Shown here: one piece after another, positions 45,195 to 64,000 of the stretch | Numbering within the stretch: position 1 is the stretch's first letter | Layout: the number at the start of each line of letters is the position of its first letter | Origin: the human T2T-CHM13v2.0 reference genome, Homo sapiens | Assembly (NCBI RefSeq): GCF_009914755.1 | Contig: NC_060941.1 | Strand: one strand, 5' to 3' | DNA: 64,000 nucleotides | The notes under the pieces: model-generated | Seen by the model: only the letters and a program-made list of their open reading frames with translations | Databases searched by the model: none | Told to the model about the DNA's origin: nothing | Position numbers and translations under genes: made by a program

Positions 45195-45495
45195 CAGCTG
45201 CGTGGTGGCTCACACCTGTAATCCCAGCGCTTTGGGAGGCGGAGGCGGGCGGATCACAAGGTCAGGAGATCAAGACCATCCTGGCTAACACGGTGAAACC
45301 CCGTCTCTACTAAAAATACAAAAATTAGCTGGGCGTGGTGGCAGCGGCCTGTAATCCCAGCTACTCGGGAGGCTGAGGCGGAGAATGGTGTGAACCCGGG
45401 AGGCGGAGCTTGCAGGGAGCCAAGATAACGCCACTGCACTCCAGCCTGGGAAACAGAGGGAGACTCCATCTCAAAAAAAAAAAAAAAAAAAAAGG
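45195..45495 (+). mobile_element. AluY-like
   Basis: TSD taaaggctggcagctgc on both sides. Confidence 0.9.
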
Positions 45496-46047
45496 AAGTA
45501 AAGGCTGGCAGCTGCTTTTGGGGGGGTGTTCCCAGGAGCTTCAGAGGAGTCAAGAATGAAGGAATAAAAATCACCTTAAATATTTGAAGGCATAAAGACT
45601 TTACTTTCAAACAAAGCAACACTAGCTTGAAATGTATGATATGCCTCTTCCCAGTTTGTTTTATTCTCCCCATTTTGGTTATTATGATTTTTAAAATCCT
45701 TTCATTCTTTTCACTCAGAATGAGGCAAGTAATTGATTTCCTTATGAAGAGGCCAGGCAGTCCATTTTTCATGGCGTTCAGCGTGCACAGCAAATCTAAA
45801 ACCATTGTCTGGCAAATGCAGCTCGCAGCCGCAATTATTTTTTTCACCAGGTAAGCCGGCTGGCGTATGTTTTTAAAATTTTATTGTTAAGTATTGTCTT
45901 TTACTGGTTAAATCAATGATAACATTCTTTACTTTGTGGTTATGTTACTCAAAATGAGGATTTTAAACAATGATAAAAATAAAGCTTGTTAGATCATTTT
46001 TAATGGTAATAAATTGGTTCCTGAAGATTTGATTAAAAAGAAAACTA

Positions 46048-46935
<888 letters not shown>

Positions 46936-47189
46936 AAAAAAATGTTAAGTGTTAAATCAAAAAGAAAAATCACCAAGCCATTTTGCATATTTTTCTGGAG
47001 AGATATAGATACAGATACAGATATATATGTAGAGAGAGATAAAGATATACAGATAGATCTGGACTGGACACCTTATGATAATATAGTATCAGTTGGGTAT
47101 AACTTTGTTCCGGAAAGGACAAAGGGAACTTATTAAAGAAGACTTAAGGCATATATATGTAATGTTTTCCCAATTCCTCATACCACTTC

Positions 47190-49200
<2,011 letters not shown>

Positions 49201-49209
49201 TTAATTTTA

Positions 49210-54435
<5,226 letters not shown>

Positions 54436-54808
54436 AAATATTCTCTTGATGGAGTATTATGTAGCTGTTAAACTGTAACAATGTCTGGCAGAGTCACAGA
54501 TACAAAAAGTACTAGATAAAATGTGAATCTGGTGTGATCTTGGCTATGCAAATAGATACCCAAAGTCCCTGGGCCTCTCCAGCCTGCGGTTTTAAATGAG
54601 GTCACATTAGCCTTTTACCCAAATTTCACTGCCCCATTGCCCCCACCTGCTCTTCTGGACCTCTGCGAAGGCGCTGGGGGCCCTAGGGAATAGTTAAAAG
54701 TGTATGTCCCACCCACTCAAGTATTCATAAACTGTCTGTGTTTGATGGGCACAGCCACCCTTTGCCAAGCCTTCACCCTTGCCACGCCTCATAAAGAACA
54801 CCTCCCTG

Positions 54809-54923
54809 TGGGGTTGACCAAACCACCCGGTTTGCCTGGGACTGAGAGGTTTCCTGGGATTTGGGACTTTTAGTACTAAAACTGGGAAACTCTTTGGCAA
54901 ACTAGGAGAAGTTGGTCACCCTG
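54809..54923. mobile_element. MER81-like hAT-Blackjack MITE
   Basis: inverted ends ggggttgaccaaacc...gttggtcaccctg, internal ggtttgcctgggactg; 8-bp flanks cctccctg/actcactg. Confidence 0.82.
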
Positions 54924-55354
54924 ACTCACTGTGCAAAGCTGCAATTTTTTTTTTTTGCACTTCCAAGCTGCAAAATTTTTAGATCACCGAATGGAGTTTT
55001 TTTTCTCAGCTAGAGCTCAGCTCCATTCTTCCCAAAACAGGGACTGGTGAACCTCCCAGAGGACTGGGTGAGGTGAATATTCATGTTTTAATTCAGGGGA
55101 CTTTTATCCCAGGTACCAGGGAAGCAAAAAAACAAAAACAAAAACAAAACCAGTCAAAACGTTGCTTGAGAAACAGCTAATTAGAGCGTGGGTCTAGACA
55201 AGAGTTGCTGGTTTGGGAAACATGAGCATATTGGGTGGCAAGTATCATGAGACTGGACTGGGTGGTCCAAGAGACCTGTAAACAGGAGAGAAGCCTGAGG
55301 GTAATGACATTTGAGCCAATCTGCGGAGGTAAGTCAGTCCATTAAAGAAACTGA

Positions 55355-59829
<4,475 letters not shown>

Positions 59830-59830
<1 letters not shown>

Positions 59831-60228
59831 TCATATTCCATCCAATCTGAACTCCCTCCCAGGTTTAAGGAACCCTTCACATTATATGTAGCCTGTAACC
59901 CACTATGGGAACTAAGATGCCAGGCACTTGCCATCATGGTCCCTCCTGCTGCTAGACCCTGCACTCAGGCACACCCAGCGCAGCCTTTTAGCTGGAAGCC
60001 AGAACAGCTGTGAAGCAGTGGCCCTGGATTGATGCTTTACCAGGACAAGCTGGGCTTTCTGCCAGGCAGCTGCCATCATGCTGTCCTCACTGGTCCAATT
60101 CTATAGCCTGATTTTGGACACTTGTTGGCTGCAAAGTCTCAGAGCCTCATTCTTGGGCACTATCAGAGATTCTGTGAGCTTGAAGTAGGCAATGGTTCTG
60201 TTGCTTGCCATCAAGAACTCAACCGATA
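59830..60228 (+). mobile_element. old ERVL LTR (LTR33-like), probable 5' LTR
   Basis: 3' end ttctgttgcttgccatcaagaactcaaccgata resembles LTR33-group termini; ERVL internal sequence follows after two Alus. Confidence 0.55.
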
Positions 60229-60404
60229 GGCCAGGCATGGTGGCTCACGTCTGTAATCTCAGCACTTTGGGAGGCCAAGGTGGGCAGGTCACCTGAGGTC
60301 AGGAGTTTGAGACCAGCCTGGCCAACATGGTGAAACCCCAACTCTATTAAAAATACAAAAATTAGCCGGGCATGATGGCATGTGCCTGTAATCCCAGCTA
60401 CTCA

Positions 60405-60539
<135 letters not shown>

Positions 60540-60609
60540 TCACATTTGCCGGGCGCGGTGGCTCACGCCTGTAATCTCAACACTTTGGGAGGCTGAGGTG
60601 GGTGAATCA

Positions 60610-62090
<1,481 letters not shown>

Positions 62091-62094
62091 CGTA

Positions 62095-63835
<1,741 letters not shown>

Positions 63836-64000
63836 TAGATAGGAAAATATAACACATATGTGAAATGAAAAAATACAAGCACTAATTGCCAAATAAATGT
63901 ATTCAATATAATTTGGTTGAGCACTATGGGTGACAAATCTGTATATGCCTCCAGGAACCAGGTAAGTAATGAAAGTCAACAAAGTAGGGGAAGATGAGGA

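Noticed and set aside
45848-45856. Strong splice donor CAG|GTAAG ending ORF 45627..45854 (also at 43081 and ~63959)
   Set aside because: No recognisable protein or partner exons. A noncoding exon cannot be excluded or supported from sequence alone.

Overview
Primate (human or great-ape) genomic DNA, extremely Alu-dense (over 100 Alu copies or fragments by eye, roughly half the window). I see no intact protein-coding gene, RNA gene or CRISPR array, and almost all of the ORF track is Alu-derived noise. Removing the Alus at their target-site duplications (TSDs) reveals older elements: (1) an RPSA processed pseudogene (minus, ~14995-18640) split by 7 Alus and a MER4A LTR; (2) an RPL17 retrocopy inside an LTR47-like LTR inside a MER73/MER74-like LTR (25668-27377); (3) an Hsmar2 mariner with both terminal inverted repeats (TIRs) and TA TSDs, inserted in a MIR (30755-34352); (4) the most notable feature, a heavily decayed Ty3/Gypsy-type pol in PR-RT-RNaseH-IN order on the minus strand (~39590-43950), with a weak gag hint near 45.1 kb; (5) an ERVL LTR with an internal pol fragment (~59830-62090). 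Also present are THE1, MST, MLT1 and MLT2 LTRs, L1, L2, MIR and MER81 fragments, a young AluYa5, and a strong CTCF-like motif in a small CpG-rich island at ~20.4 kb. Repeat family names come from remembered consensus sequences, not a database search, and boundaries are approximate unless a TSD is quoted.
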